From Porphyridium purpureum (Eukaryota), in contig VRMN01000012.1 of NCBI GenBank assembly GCA_008690995.1, positions 1 through 64,000 of the forward strand: a stretch of DNA of 64,000 nt. Reading direction: 5' to 3'. Under the pieces are notes generated by a model. The model ran no database searches and had not been told where the DNA came from. It saw nothing but the letters and a program-made list of their open reading frames with translations. Both the position numbers and the translations under genes were made by a program. Below, piece by piece: positions 9,886 to 20,624 of the stretch (the first letter of the stretch is position 1; every line of letters starts with the position of its first letter).

Positions 9886-12800
9886 TCATTCAGAGTCAGA
9901 CTCTTCGATAATTTTCAACAAGTCTGGCTCAGAATCGGACGCCGGCATTTCGTCGGGTACTTCTTCATCATTTTCCCCTGCCATGTAGTCTTCGCGTCCA
10001 TAGTATGGCTTCAGATGTTGGATCGGAAAAACATCATGACAAGCCACACCCTCGGGCAAAATCACTCGGTAAGCATGCGAGCTTACCTTCTCAATGACAG
10101 GCACCGGACCAAGAAACTTTGGTGCCGCCAAATCACTCTTATTCGGCCGCAGTTGCGGCGCCGTGATCAACACTTGATCACCAACTTGAAACTCTCGGGC
10201 ATCCTTGCTTCGATCGAAGAACTTCTGCATTCTCTCTTGGGCTTCGATCAAATTGTCGCGGACTTCTTCATGGACTTTGCACAGGCGAAACCAGTGCTCC
10301 GCCATGTCCTTCGTCTGTCCGTCGCGCGCAGGCCTCCACCCTTCGCTCGGTGGAAACCAAGGATCCCTTCCATATACCACTTTGAACGGCGCGAATCCAG
10401 TGGCACTGCTTGGTGCAGAGTTGTACGCAAACTCGTACAACGGCAAGTCTCGCACCCAGCCACTATTCGTCGCCATCAACTTGAGCATTTCCCGAATCAC
10501 GCGGTTCACTCGCTCAGTTTGGCCATCTGTCTGCGGGTGGTTGGCGGTAGACATTGCCAACTTCATGCCCACCCGCTTGCTCAGCTGCTGCCAAAAGGTG
10601 GACGTGAACAGCGGATCTCGGTCAGATACAATTGACTTGGGGTATCCGAAACGGCTCACGACGTGCTTCACGAACAAGTCAGCACAACGCTTTGCTGTCA
10701 AGTCCTTGCGCGTCGGGATAAACAGCGCCATCTTCGAATAGCGATCCACCACAGTCATGATTGCATCACAGCTGCCTTCGCTCCGAGGCAGCTCCGTCAC
10801 AAAGTCCATCGAAATGTCGACCCAAGGTCCTTCTGGGATCGACAAGGGCTTCAGCTTTCCAAACGACCGATTCTCAGACTTTGTCACTTGGCATGCGTGA
10901 CAAGTCTTCACAAAACGGCTCACGTCTCGCTTCATCTTTGGCCAGTAGAAGCGAGTGATCAAAGATGCATACGTCGTGTCGGCTCCACGGTGTCCTGCTG
11001 TCGGGATATCGTGGTGGAGTTGCATGACACGCTCTCTGAACTTCCTCGGCACGCAAACGCGATTCCTCAAGTACAAGAGCCCAGCTTCGGTTCGAAAACC
11101 CTGGTGGGTCGGTAAGTCTTCCATCAAAGTACCCAAGTCTGGGTCACTCGAGTACGAACCCACGAATGCCTGGAAACCCGCACCAAATTCATCACACCGA
11201 ACTTGGTACTCTAGCGCGTGCAACTCTGGCTTCCTCGACAAAGCATCGGCTACCACGTTCGACTTTCCCTTCACATAGTCGATCGTGATGTCAAACTCGG
11301 CTAAAAAGTCCAACCACCGTGCCTGCCGGCCATTCAGCTCCTTCTGCGTCATCAGATGTTTCAACGCCTCATGATCCGTATGAAGCACAAACTTTGCCCC
11401 GTACAGATAAGGTCGAAACTCTCGCAGACAGTGAATGACGGCCATGAGCTCACCTTCATAGCTGCTGTACCTGGTCTCTCGGTCCAGCAGCTTCCTCGAC
11501 GTAAACGCGACCGGTCTGCCTTCCTGTGCCAGCCATCCCCCCACCGCGACTTCAGAGCGGTCCGTGTACACCTCAAATGGCTTTTCAGGGTCTGGCAAGG
11601 CCAACACCGGCGCTTCCGTCAACATACTCACAATCTTCTTGAAGGCCGACTTGCCTTCATCTCCCAGTTCGATCAGCTGCTTCTTCGACTTTGCGCTCTG
11701 CAACAGCGAAGTCAGCGGCGCCACGACGGTAGAGTATCCTTTGACAAACCTGCGAAACCAGTTTGTCATTCCCAAAAAGGATCTCAACTCCGTCACCGTC
11801 TTTGGCACTGGCCAATCTCTCAAAGCTTCCACCTTCCGTGGATCCATCTTCACGCAACCGTTGCCGACAATGTTCCCCAGGTATTCGACTTCAGAAACGA
11901 AGAAGCTGCACTTCTTGCGCTTCAACCGATACCCCGCCCTTTGCAAGCGCGACAACACTTCCTTCAGGACCTCGCCGTGCGACTGCCGATCCTTGGTGAA
12001 GACCAAAATATCGTCCAAGTAGACAATGACGGTCTTGTCCAGCAGATCTGCAAACAGCTCGTTCATGGCCCTCTGAAAAGTTGCCGGCGCGTTGCAAAGA
12101 CCAAACGGCATCACACGGAACTCGAACTGTCCGTACCTGGTCTGGAACGCGGTCTTCGGCACGTCCTCTCCCCGAACACGCAACTGGTGGTATCCCGATG
12201 CCAAATCCAACTTTGAAAAACAATGAGCTGCTCCCAGTCGATCCAGCAACTCATCCATGTTCGGCAAGGGATACCGGTCCTTCACGGTTGCGTCGTTCAA
12301 CGCCCGATAATCCACGCACATCCTCATGCTGCCGTCTTTCTTCTTCACGAACAGCACGGGTGCTCCAAAGGGGCTCTGACTCGGCTGGACGAATCCCTTG
12401 TCCAGCAAGTCATCCAAAGTCTCTCGGAGGACTTTCAACTCCGCAGGGCTCAGTCGGTAGACCCTGCCCACTCTCACAGGCTTCTCATCTTTCAGCCTAA
12501 TCACATGCTCCACTGTTCGGCTCTCAGGCAGCCCACGTGGCTCCTCGAACAGATTTTCAAAATCATTGAGCATCTTCTTCACAGAGTCATCTCCTTTGGG
12601 CTCCACTGAACAGGGCTCCTCCCTTCCTTTCAGCACGCCGAGGTAGCACTCTTCTACCTCCTGACTCTTCAACAGCCGACGGAGCTCTTTCCGCGGCACC
12701 AGCATCTGCGTCATGCTCCAGGCCTTCTTCTCTCCGTAGGCCAACATGCCAGACTGCCAATCAATCACTGGGTTCTCCCGCTTCAGCCACTCCATGCCCA

Positions 12801-13284
12801 AGATTGCGTCTTGTCCCGCAATCCGGCAAATGGCAAAGTTAGCGGCCCCTGAGTACCCATCGCTCAGTTCAAACTTGACATTGGAGACTTCTCCGGCTGT
12901 CTCCAATACAGACCCGTCTGCCAGGGTCACATGATCTCTCTTCCACGACGCCTTCCGCTTCAGGCCGTCGGATTTCTGCACAAAGTCCACGCTCATAAAG
13001 TTGTCCGTCGCGCCACTGTCAATCAAAAACGTGGCCTCTCCGTCGGACTTGTGCACTTTTCCTCGAACTCGAAGAAGCATGGCAGCTCCCATCCCTCCAA
13101 GTTCCTTGATCACGGGCTGATTTTCGCTCGAGTTTCGCCCACGAGGTTTCGGACAGCCAGACCTTGGCTTACCAAGGCCACCACAGCGGTCTCCATTGCC
13201 GCCCCTAGAGGTCTCGTAACGTCTGCGAGCCTCCTTTCCCTCTGACTGTCCGAGGAACCTCTCTGCTCGAGCTCCTAGTTTTTT
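9886..13284 (-). CDS. pol: Pol (PR-RT-RH-IN), -1 frame relative to gag
   Basis: Same motifs as copy 1; uninterrupted ORF. Confidence 0.95.
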   Translation of the reverse strand, partial: KKLGARAERFLGQSEGKEARRRYETSRGGNGDRCGGLGKPRSGCPKPRGRNSSENQPVIKELGGMGAAMLLRVRGKVHKSDGEATFLIDSGATDNFMSVDFVQKSDGLKRKASWKRDHVTLADGSVLETAGEVSNVKFELSDGYSGAANFAICRIAGQDAILGMEWLKRENPVIDWQSGMLAYGEKKAWSMTQMLVPRKELRRLLKSQEVEECYLGVLKGREEPCSVEPKGDDSVKKMLNDFENLFEEPRGLPESRTVEHVIRLKDEKPVRVGRVYRLSPAELKVLRETLDDLLDKGFVQPSQSPFGAPVLFVKKKDGSMRMCVDYRALNDATVKDRYPLPNMDELLDRLGAAHCFSKLDLASGYHQLRVRGEDVPKTAFQTRYGQFEFRVMPFGLCNAPATFQRAMNELFADLLDKTVIVYLDDILVFTKDRQSHGEVLKEVLSRLQRAGYRLKRKKCSFFVSEVEYLGNIVGNGCVKMDPRKVEALRDWPVPKTVTELRSFLGMTNWFRRFVKGYSTVVAPLTSLLQSAKSKKQLIELGDEGKSAFKKIVSMLTEAPVLALPDPEKPFEVYTDRSEVAVGGWLAQEGRPVAFTSRKLLDRETRYSSYEGELMAVIHCLREFRPYLYGAKFVLHTDHEALKHLMTQKELNGRQARWLDFLAEFDITIDYVKGKSNVVADALSRKPELHALEYQVRCDEFGAGFQAFVGSYSSDPDLGTLMEDLPTHQGFRTEAGLLYLRNRVCVPRKFRERVMQLHHDIPTAGHRGADTTYASLITRFYWPKMKRDVSRFVKTCHACQVTKSENRSFGKLKPLSIPEGPWVDISMDFVTELPRSEGSCDAIMTVVDRYSKMALFIPTRKDLTAKRCADLFVKHVVSRFGYPKSIVSDRDPLFTSTFWQQLSKRVGMKLAMSTANHPQTDGQTERVNRVIREMLKLMATNSGWVRDLPLYEFAYNSAPSSATGFAPFKVVYGRDPWFPPSEGWRPARDGQTKDMAEHWFRLCKVHEEVRDNLIEAQERMQKFFDRSKDAREFQVGDQVLITAPQLRPNKSDLAAPKFLGPVPVIEKVSSHAYRVILPEGVACHDVFPIQHLKPYYGREDYMAGENDEEVPDEMPASDSEPDLLKIIEESDSE

Positions 13285-14069
13285 GACTCCAGCGAGTCTC
13301 CCTCCAGCTGCTGGATAGTCTTCCTTGCCTCGGGACACGTCCTGGCGATGTGCCCCGGCTTTCCACAATTCCAGCACTTGATCTCGGTACGAACACGCCT
13401 CTGACCCTGCACATGTCCCAGCTCCATCGGGACAGGTCCTTCCTGCGCTGCACGACCGAAAAATGGCGCCCTCACACTTGAATCACGCACGCCGCGGGTC
13501 GCATGAATGGCGTCGTCCACGACCACCGCCACCTGCGCAGCCTCCGCAAACGTGCTCACTCCTCGCTTGTACACTTCCAAGCGGACCTCGGGCTTCAGAC
13601 CCCTCACAAAGCGGTCCATCATTTCTGCGTCCGACAAGTCCGGAATCACAAGTGCCGCGTCCTGAAAAGCCGCCACATACGCATGGGCCGGGCCTTTCTG
13701 CGAAAGACGCGTCAACTTGTCCCTTGCACGCCTGATCGAATCCTGCGGCGTGAACCGAGCACTCACGAGGGCAGCAAAATCATTCCACGTCGTGGGGATC
13801 TCCTGCGGGTAGTGTTCGCAGTTTAGAACCCACCAATGAAGCGCTTCTCCCTCGAAATAGTCTGATGCCAGGTCCACAGCACGCCTCTCCGCAAGCAGAC
13901 GTTTCTCCAAATCGTCCGGGTGGAAGCTCTCCAACAGCCGGCCCAAGATCTTCTTTCTCGCCTGGAACAACCACGTCTTCACAACCAGAAGGTCACGCTT
14001 CCCGTCGAACCTCATCAGACGGGCCTCCTTCGGGCCACGTGGTCCCAGCGTCTCCGAATCAATCTCCAT
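13275..14069 (-). CDS. gag: Gag with CCHC zinc knuckle
   Basis: CWNCGKPGHIARTC. Ends ...ESKN-TAG directly after the slippery site. Confidence 0.93.
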   Translation of the reverse strand: MEIDSETLGPRGPKEARLMRFDGKRDLLVVKTWLFQARKKILGRLLESFHPDDLEKRLLAERRAVDLASDYFEGEALHWWVLNCEHYPQEIPTTWNDFAALVSARFTPQDSIRRARDKLTRLSQKGPAHAYVAAFQDAALVIPDLSDAEMMDRFVRGLKPEVRLEVYKRGVSTFAEAAQVAVVVDDAIHATRGVRDSSVRAPFFGRAAQEGPVPMELGHVQGQRRVRTEIKCWNCGKPGHIARTCPEARKTIQQLEGDSLESKN

Positions 14070-14636
14070 GCTTTCTGGACACAAGCACGCTCAACGATCA
14101 CGACAACACGAACAGCAAGCCTCCGATGCTCACTTTCTCCAACAGCTGCGCGCACCACGAACGGGCTCGGTCGCCCTCACGGACACAAACCGACACACGA
14201 AGCTGTCCTCTCACGCACACACACGCACAGCAATCTTCTCATGCACGCACAACAAAGCACACAGCAATCCTCCTCTGTTGCGCTGGATGGGGAGCGGCCC
14301 GGGCCTTTGCACTGGGGCGGGGATTATAGATGCGATCTTGTATGGAGGTGTTCGGCGCCTACCTTCGCAAAGGTGGTCGTGCGACACTAGGATGAATCCT
14401 AGTGAAGGCTGACCGTTACGGCTCTTGCCTACTAATACGTGCTAAGGCAGAGAGCGAGTCCGCCGTCAAGGCCTAGGCCTATCGTACAGCCAGGACTGAG
14501 ACCCGCTTCCACCCGTCGCACCCTCCGGATCGACTTACTCGAACCCCCTTACCCGCAGACTCTCCCACCCAGGCAACCCCAGAGAAACTCTAAGAGAACC
14601 TTAGAGCAACCCCAGGTAACCAGCGATGATACCAAA

Positions 14637-14933
14637 TGTTACCAATGCTGTGCCTTTTACTCTGCTTCTTCTTTCTTGCCTCTCCTGTCTCCGAGCAAGA
14701 CCTGACCGGCTAGTCCGGGCAGGCGCGTCGCCTTTTTATACCCTTACTTCCGCCAGGGACAGCAAGGCGCCAAGAGAAATGACAATGCAAACCATTGGCA
14801 TTTCTGCGCGCGTCTAGAAGGTTCTGGAACCTCTAGAAGGTTCTAGAAACGGTTAAACGGTCTACCGGCTTAGCGGCTTACCGGTTTCGGATTAACCGAA
14901 CCGTTCTAGGTGACTGGGGTCGAACGGATAACA
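14637..14933 (-). repeat. 5' LTR of family A copy 2
   Basis: 297 bp; three substitutions seen relative to 9470-9766. Confidence 0.97.
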
Positions 14934-15859
14934 TTCTGCTTCTACCCTTCCTGTCCTCTGTCTTTGAACCTCAGCTGTACCGCCTTGCTTCCCACCACAT
15001 GACGCACGGACACGTGTCCTATCCCCGCCCGTTTGCGCCACGACGTCGCACGCCCCAGTCGCACGCCGTTACAGCGCCACGCGGCCGCTGCGGCCGCATT
15101 CCGGGACACCGTGCATGCACCCACACACCGCCGGCCAAAAAAAGAAACACCCACCCCACCCAAACCCCCCCCTCACGGCACGTTTTACCCACACGGGTCC
15201 GTGAGCATACGTTGTGCGCGCCACTTTACCGAGCGCGCAGAAGCCACACTCTAAATCCTCTAAATCGAACTCGGGAGAAATACATAGAACATAGGGATTG
15301 GAAATAAAAACTCAGAGCGCTGGGCATGCATAGAAAAAAAAACAAATGCAAAAATAAAGAAACCAACCAACACACACATACTGACTGTACACGCATGCAG
15401 GTGTTGATAGTAAGAAATGCGAGACACGGCGCATCCAAAAAACTGATGGCGAAGTGCCACTTTGTGTTGGCGGCCGGCTATTTATAACTTATGCTGAAAG
15501 CGAAAAGAACAAGAGCCGGAAGGGACAAGGGGGCGAGAAGAAGGATAAAAGTTGGGGAGGCGGCGGAGTAAAGGGGGGAAGGTGAAGACGGGAGAAGAGT
15601 TGAGGGGGAAGAGAGTGTGGAGAGGGGAAGAGGGGACGCGGTGCAGGTGGTGGTGGTGGTGGTTTGGTGGTGGTTTGGTGGTGGTGTTGTGGTGGTGTGT
15701 GGTGGAAGGGTATGCGGGAGTGTCAGTTGTGTGTGTGTGTGTGCAGTGGGGGTTTGGGCATTTTGGGGGGGCATTGGGGTGTGTGGGGAGGAGAGGAGTG
15801 GATGAGTGAGCGTGGTGGGACGGGTGGCTGCGGCGCGCGGGGCGGTGGGTGCAGCGGGC

Positions 15860-18844
15860 ATGGGGTCTCGCGCGGGGAGTAAGTGGAGGCGAGGGAGCAA
15901 GCAGGCGGCGGACGTGGATGCATCGGTCGCGCGCAGCGAGGTGCCGTTTTTTCATGATGATGGAGTTGACGTGGCGGCGGAAATGCAGGCCGCAGTCGCG
16001 TTGGCTTCCGGGCAGAAGAAGGCCGGGCGCCGAACTGTGCCAATAGCGAGGAAGGCGAGTCCCGGCAAGCGGGAGATGAGAATGCGCGTGGGAGAGGTGG
16101 GCGTGATGGCTGAGCAGCATGGAGACGACGCGGCGCCAGCCCAAGCGACCACAATGCCGAATGTCACCTCGTATGTCACGTCGGAACTGCGCAAGATGGG
16201 GATTTCCACGCGAACCGACACAGGCTTTGACTTTGTGTTCAAAGAGGTCGAAACGCAGCTGGAACTCGACCCAGAAGAAGTCGCGGCGATCCTGGCCGAG
16301 CTCGACTCGCAGGAAGCCACCTCGTCCAAAAACACCAGCGCGCAGCCAAGCAAGCACTCTAGCGCAATTACGCTCGAGCACGTCAGCTCGCTCCCGAGCC
16401 CGGAGCAAGTCTGTTCGCCGTACAACACGGCGGTGGCTCAAGAATTGCCCAGCACCGAGTCGGTTCGCGAGGATGAAGAGCCTCCGTTCGCTGACAAGGT
16501 ATCTGACGAAAAGCGCACATCGATGGGCGATACAGATCAAAGACCCGCAGATCGCGCGCCGGCCAGCAAAACCTTGTCCATGGACAGCAAGCACTTATCG
16601 ACCGACAGCAAGCTTGCCGCGGATCGACAAGGCAGCAGCGACGCAAGGATGTCTGGAAGTCGGCAGGACTCGGCTTCGGGTGCCCCGTCCGTGGTCATGG
16701 TGCAGTCGTCACGGTCGACATTCACAGCGGACTATGAAGAAGAGGACAGTGTACAGGTGCTTGACTTTAACACGATGAGCGAGGACTTTGAAGCGACCAT
16801 GAAGGAGGCGTACGCCAAGGCGGAGTGGGAAAAGTTCCAGAAAACCTTGAAGGCGTCTTCCGACAAGCAAATTGACGATGAACAAGCCGTATCTTCCAAG
16901 AAATTGCCAGCGAAAATGATGGGTGCCGTCATTCCTGGGATCAAAATTTTTGGAAAGAACAAGTCGAACGAGCCAGAATCTCAGCAGCCAGGATCGTCTG
17001 AGGATACCAAGCAATCAACACCCGCCGGGCGTAAAACACCCGCGAACGAACGTGGAAGCGAGCGGTCGACTGTGAACAGCCCATTGTCACCTGCGAACTT
17101 GCCTGCGACATCGTCTGGTCCGAAAAATAGGGCGTTTAGTCGAAAGCTTTCGAAAGTCGGTTCGCGTGGCGGTGGCGACAGTGACAAAGACGACGTTTTT
17201 GGTGCCATGAATGAGCCACGCTCGCTCACGGGCAAGCTGTCGCGGAAAGCCTCCATAGGACTCGGAGGAAACGACGCGGACGTACCAAAATCGTCTGTCT
17301 TTGGTCGACGATCCGCGCGTGTTAGTGAGGCGGCAGCGGATGCACGGGGCGGTGACTCGGGCGCGTCACGCGGTGCACTTGCCAAGAAGAGCTCGGGAGA
17401 TGGGAAGGCGACGGCCGCTGCGAGCGGTGGTCTTCACGCGACGGCCGATGCGATGCAGGCAGGCAACGGAACGGGAGGTGTGCCAGTGAGCGCGCAGGCA
17501 TCTCCGGTGGGCAGAAAACGCGTGTTGTCCAAAAAGTTTGGCGAGTCGCTCATGCGATTTGGATCTTCAGGGGATGGCGAAAAGAGTTCGGGTATGTTGG
17601 GCGGAATTGTTGCATCTAAGCGACTGTCGGAGCCGAATGCCTCATCTAGCCGGCGCCCCGGAAGCGGGGGAACGTCCACTTCAAGCCGTGATGATATTGT
17701 GAATTGTCTAGAACGCGAGGGCTCGTCAGGAGGGAAGAAGGGGGTGCGGCCACCGGGACTGGCAAGGGGCATGGTACGACAGGCAAGCATGACGCTGGGC
17801 CTGCAGGATAAGGCCGACCACGTGGTACCAGTTTCCGAGGTCGCCAGCGCGAGCGGCCTGCTGGAACACAGCAGCAAATCATGGGAACGCCGCATGCGCA
17901 AATCCGCAGAGAAGAAAAAGAGCGGCGGGATTCTGGACGAGCTGCAGAATTCAAGCGAGAGCATGTGGAGTCTGACGCATTCAAAACGAAGCAGTGCGAC
18001 GAACGGGAGTCTGCAAAAAGTCGATGTGGACACACTGCTGTCGGACAAACGCGGCCTCGAGTACTTGCCGTACGGCGAGATGAAGGACGAGAATCCGCTC
18101 AAGCCGTTTGCACTACTTCACAACGCGATCAGATTCGAGTTCTCGCAGTGCCTAAACATGATCTACGGGGGCGCCAAAGCAACTCGAAAAGGCGGCGTTG
18201 CTTTGGCACCACAGTTGGACTGGGACGCCATGCAGCGCGCGTACTTTCAGTGGTGGTCGACCTTTGTTTTAGTGCTCAGCGAAGTATTTGATATTTCCAA
18301 TGACGTTCTTTTTCCTTGGGTGGACGCAAACTGTAGTGGCAGCTCCGACGGTCGCACCACCCTGACTCCTGAGCGCAAGGCGGCGCAGCTGAAGCTGTTG
18401 CACTTTGCCAAGGAAATCGAAGCAGATCGAATGACTTACAGCTGCGCGCGCGGTATTATCTATGCCATCAAGATGTATCAGCGGCTGGAAAAGCAGGTCA
18501 CGTCGCTGCTGGGTGGGTTTCTCGAGTATGCGCTCGAGGTGGAGGCTGAGATGCTCAAGCTTGGCGCCCAGGGCGGTGTGCCGGGCCAGACGGCTGCGCT
18601 TGCGAGATCGAATAGCGCGAGTACGATCGATCGCGAAATCCGCGACCATCTTCTCAGCCACGAACAGCACCCGGTCGTGCTGTGCACCATGCTGCGCTGG
18701 ATGGAGACTCCGCAATTTCAAGCCGCGCACGATCGATGGGTGTCCAACAACATACAAGCAAAGCTGCGTCTCTCTTTCAAGCTGTGGCGGCGCACAGCTG
18801 ACAAGGAGCATTGGTCTATTCCGGCATCATTCCCGCCGCCTTGA
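15860..18844 (+). CDS. Large S/G/K-rich disordered protein with a C-terminal hemerythrin-like helical domain
   Basis: Long ORF with likely ATG at 15860 (MGSRAG). C-terminal FALLHNAIRFEF...FQWWSTF...NDVLFPWV pattern. Confidence 0.8.
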   Translation: MGSRAGSKWRRGSKQAADVDASVARSEVPFFHDDGVDVAAEMQAAVALASGQKKAGRRTVPIARKASPGKREMRMRVGEVGVMAEQHGDDAAPAQATTMPNVTSYVTSELRKMGISTRTDTGFDFVFKEVETQLELDPEEVAAILAELDSQEATSSKNTSAQPSKHSSAITLEHVSSLPSPEQVCSPYNTAVAQELPSTESVREDEEPPFADKVSDEKRTSMGDTDQRPADRAPASKTLSMDSKHLSTDSKLAADRQGSSDARMSGSRQDSASGAPSVVMVQSSRSTFTADYEEEDSVQVLDFNTMSEDFEATMKEAYAKAEWEKFQKTLKASSDKQIDDEQAVSSKKLPAKMMGAVIPGIKIFGKNKSNEPESQQPGSSEDTKQSTPAGRKTPANERGSERSTVNSPLSPANLPATSSGPKNRAFSRKLSKVGSRGGGDSDKDDVFGAMNEPRSLTGKLSRKASIGLGGNDADVPKSSVFGRRSARVSEAAADARGGDSGASRGALAKKSSGDGKATAAASGGLHATADAMQAGNGTGGVPVSAQASPVGRKRVLSKKFGESLMRFGSSGDGEKSSGMLGGIVASKRLSEPNASSSRRPGSGGTSTSSRDDIVNCLEREGSSGGKKGVRPPGLARGMVRQASMTLGLQDKADHVVPVSEVASASGLLEHSSKSWERRMRKSAEKKKSGGILDELQNSSESMWSLTHSKRSSATNGSLQKVDVDTLLSDKRGLEYLPYGEMKDENPLKPFALLHNAIRFEFSQCLNMIYGGAKATRKGGVALAPQLDWDAMQRAYFQWWSTFVLVLSEVFDISNDVLFPWVDANCSGSSDGRTTLTPERKAAQLKLLHFAKEIEADRMTYSCARGIIYAIKMYQRLEKQVTSLLGGFLEYALEVEAEMLKLGAQGGVPGQTAALARSNSASTIDREIRDHLLSHEQHPVVLCTMLRWMETPQFQAAHDRWVSNNIQAKLRLSFKLWRRTADKEHWSIPASFPPP

Positions 18845-19670
18845 TCATCGTGGGTGGTGTTTAAATTATGAATTAAAGCGGTAAAGTGCTATGTCCCTTC
18901 TTCGCCGTTCTTGCTGCTCTCTTCCACCACAGTCTGTCTGCATGTTGACTTCGGAGGTCCGGCACAGGCGAATCAGCTGCCGTCCTGTTCTTGCGGTCGG
19001 TATGGCCCTGGAATGCGAAATCACCTTGGCACCGATTCCTTTAGCATCCTGTCAGCGTCCGAATGGCTTTGACTGCATTTGAGCAAGCGAGGGGCCACGA
19101 CAAATGAAAACACAATTACAAGCGACCACATACTTTGTCTGGCGCGCCTTCGCTTTTCTTGCTCGATGCAATAGGAAACGAAACTCGAGAGTTGCCGAAC
19201 AATTCGTGCCCCAATCTTCAACAACGTTGTGTCTCCGAGCGCGCAACACAGAGACCGATACCCGCCCCCACATACACGTATTCACAGCCTTGCAAACCTC
19301 AGAAACGTATCAAAGACACTCGCAACGCAAGGGCAAGATGTCACGTCTCCAGGACAGTAATTAAATGCTTGGCATTTTCTGCGCTTGGCGAGAAAAGGAA
19401 TGACGGTCGAACGCAACAAGATCACTAGTATCTTGGGCTCACTGCGTATATGTTAGCGTTGAAGTGATCGCATCAACCCTACCTGTGAGTGCGCCTACTC
19501 CTAGGCCAAGCTCAACGCATTTCCTGTCCAGCATTCTTGACGCGAGACGATTCATACCGGGAACACTTTTCACGGCCTCCTCTACCGCCCTCTACTTGCC
19601 AGTACATAGAAGCCCCATGGTCCAGGCGAAAGCTTCGCAGACGTGCGTGTGTCTGTGCGACTTTTTTCTT

Positions 19671-20189
19671 TCACCCTGCCAGCTTGAGTGCATCGAGACA
19701 CATCCCGAAGATGACGCCGCACTTGAAGGTATTGAGCAGTGTCAGCGCGTTCGACGGCGATGCGCTCTTGTAGTACGCCTTGGTAAGCGTCTCGCTCCAC
19801 AGCAAGAGAACAAACGCGGCGAGCGGATCCCAGTCGGCGACACTTCCAATAATCGTGCTCGCGGCAGTGGACGCGAAAAAGCCAAGCAGCAGCGCCACAG
19901 CGCCCGACGTCAGTTTCCGAATTGGCCTCGCGGTCAAATACTCATCCGCAATACGCACACAAGACCCCACAGCCACTCGAGCACGTTCAAGCGCCGTCTC
20001 CGTGCTCCTTGCGCGCCCAGTGTCTTCATTCTCCTGTCCCACTTGCATACAAAGTCGCGCTTTCACGCCCCTGCCAGACCACATCTTCCTGTCTGCCGAG
20101 ACACGCCGCCGCGATTCAGCAACAACGGATATTCCACCCGCACAAGCCACTCCAAACGCGATGTGCGGAGCTGGCGACTTGACCATCAT
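19671..20189 (-). CDS. Ycf20-like / DUF565 plastid membrane protein
   Basis: LLLGFF..TAASTIIG..ADWDPLAA and LLNTFKCGVIFGMCLDALKLAG. Transit-peptide-like N-terminus. Start ATG inferred. Confidence 0.85.
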   Translation of the reverse strand: MMVKSPAPHIAFGVACAGGISVVAESRRRVSADRKMWSGRGVKARLCMQVGQENEDTGRARSTETALERARVAVGSCVRIADEYLTARPIRKLTSGAVALLLGFFASTAASTIIGSVADWDPLAAFVLLLWSETLTKAYYKSASPSNALTLLNTFKCGVIFGMCLDALKLAG

Positions 20190-20624
20190 ACCTCCCCGCA
20201 CCTGCATCACGCCGTCAGACTTCCTTTCCGCACGCTCTTCTTCGTCCTCCGCTTCCGTCCTTCCCCGCGTCCACACGCGCCCGCACACAAAAAGGGTCAG
20301 AAAACGGTTTATCGGCTTATCAGATTCTTCGCCTTCCAAATTATCGGTTTAATTTTACAAATTCGTTGCCAAATTCCCATAAAAAGGAGAAGCCGATAAG
20401 AGCGCTTATCGGCGCAGGCGGATAAACCGGTGAGCCGAATGGCATTTATCCGTTGCGAGAAGGACTAGGCCGGAGAAGGAAGAGCGGCTGGCTTGGTGGA
20501 TGGAATTGTTGGTTTGGTGTTTGAGGAGCTCGGAACAGGCACGAGCATCAGCTGGCTGGGCTCGCTGCTTGGCTGCGCATTGTGTGTATGACGTGGTGTG
20601 AAAGGCTTGACGCAAAAATTGAGG

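Larger units (their letters stand above)
9470..14933 (-). mobile_element. Ty3/Gypsy LTR retrotransposon, family A copy 2, full length (5464 bp)
   Basis: LTRs at 9470-9766 and 14637-14933. 5-bp TSD TTCTG at 9465-9469 and 14934-14938. Intact gag and pol. Confidence 0.98.

Noticed and set aside
1..14933. The two family A copies as a tandem or segmental duplication
   Set aside because: Similarity stops exactly at the LTR ends and the right flanks differ (CTGGT vs TTCTG), indicating independent insertions.
15478..16594. Pro/His/Thr-rich minus-strand ORFs (also 41027-41925, 42071-42748, 32334-33248)
   Set aside because: Translations of low-complexity GT/GA-rich leaders, microsatellites or antisense strands.
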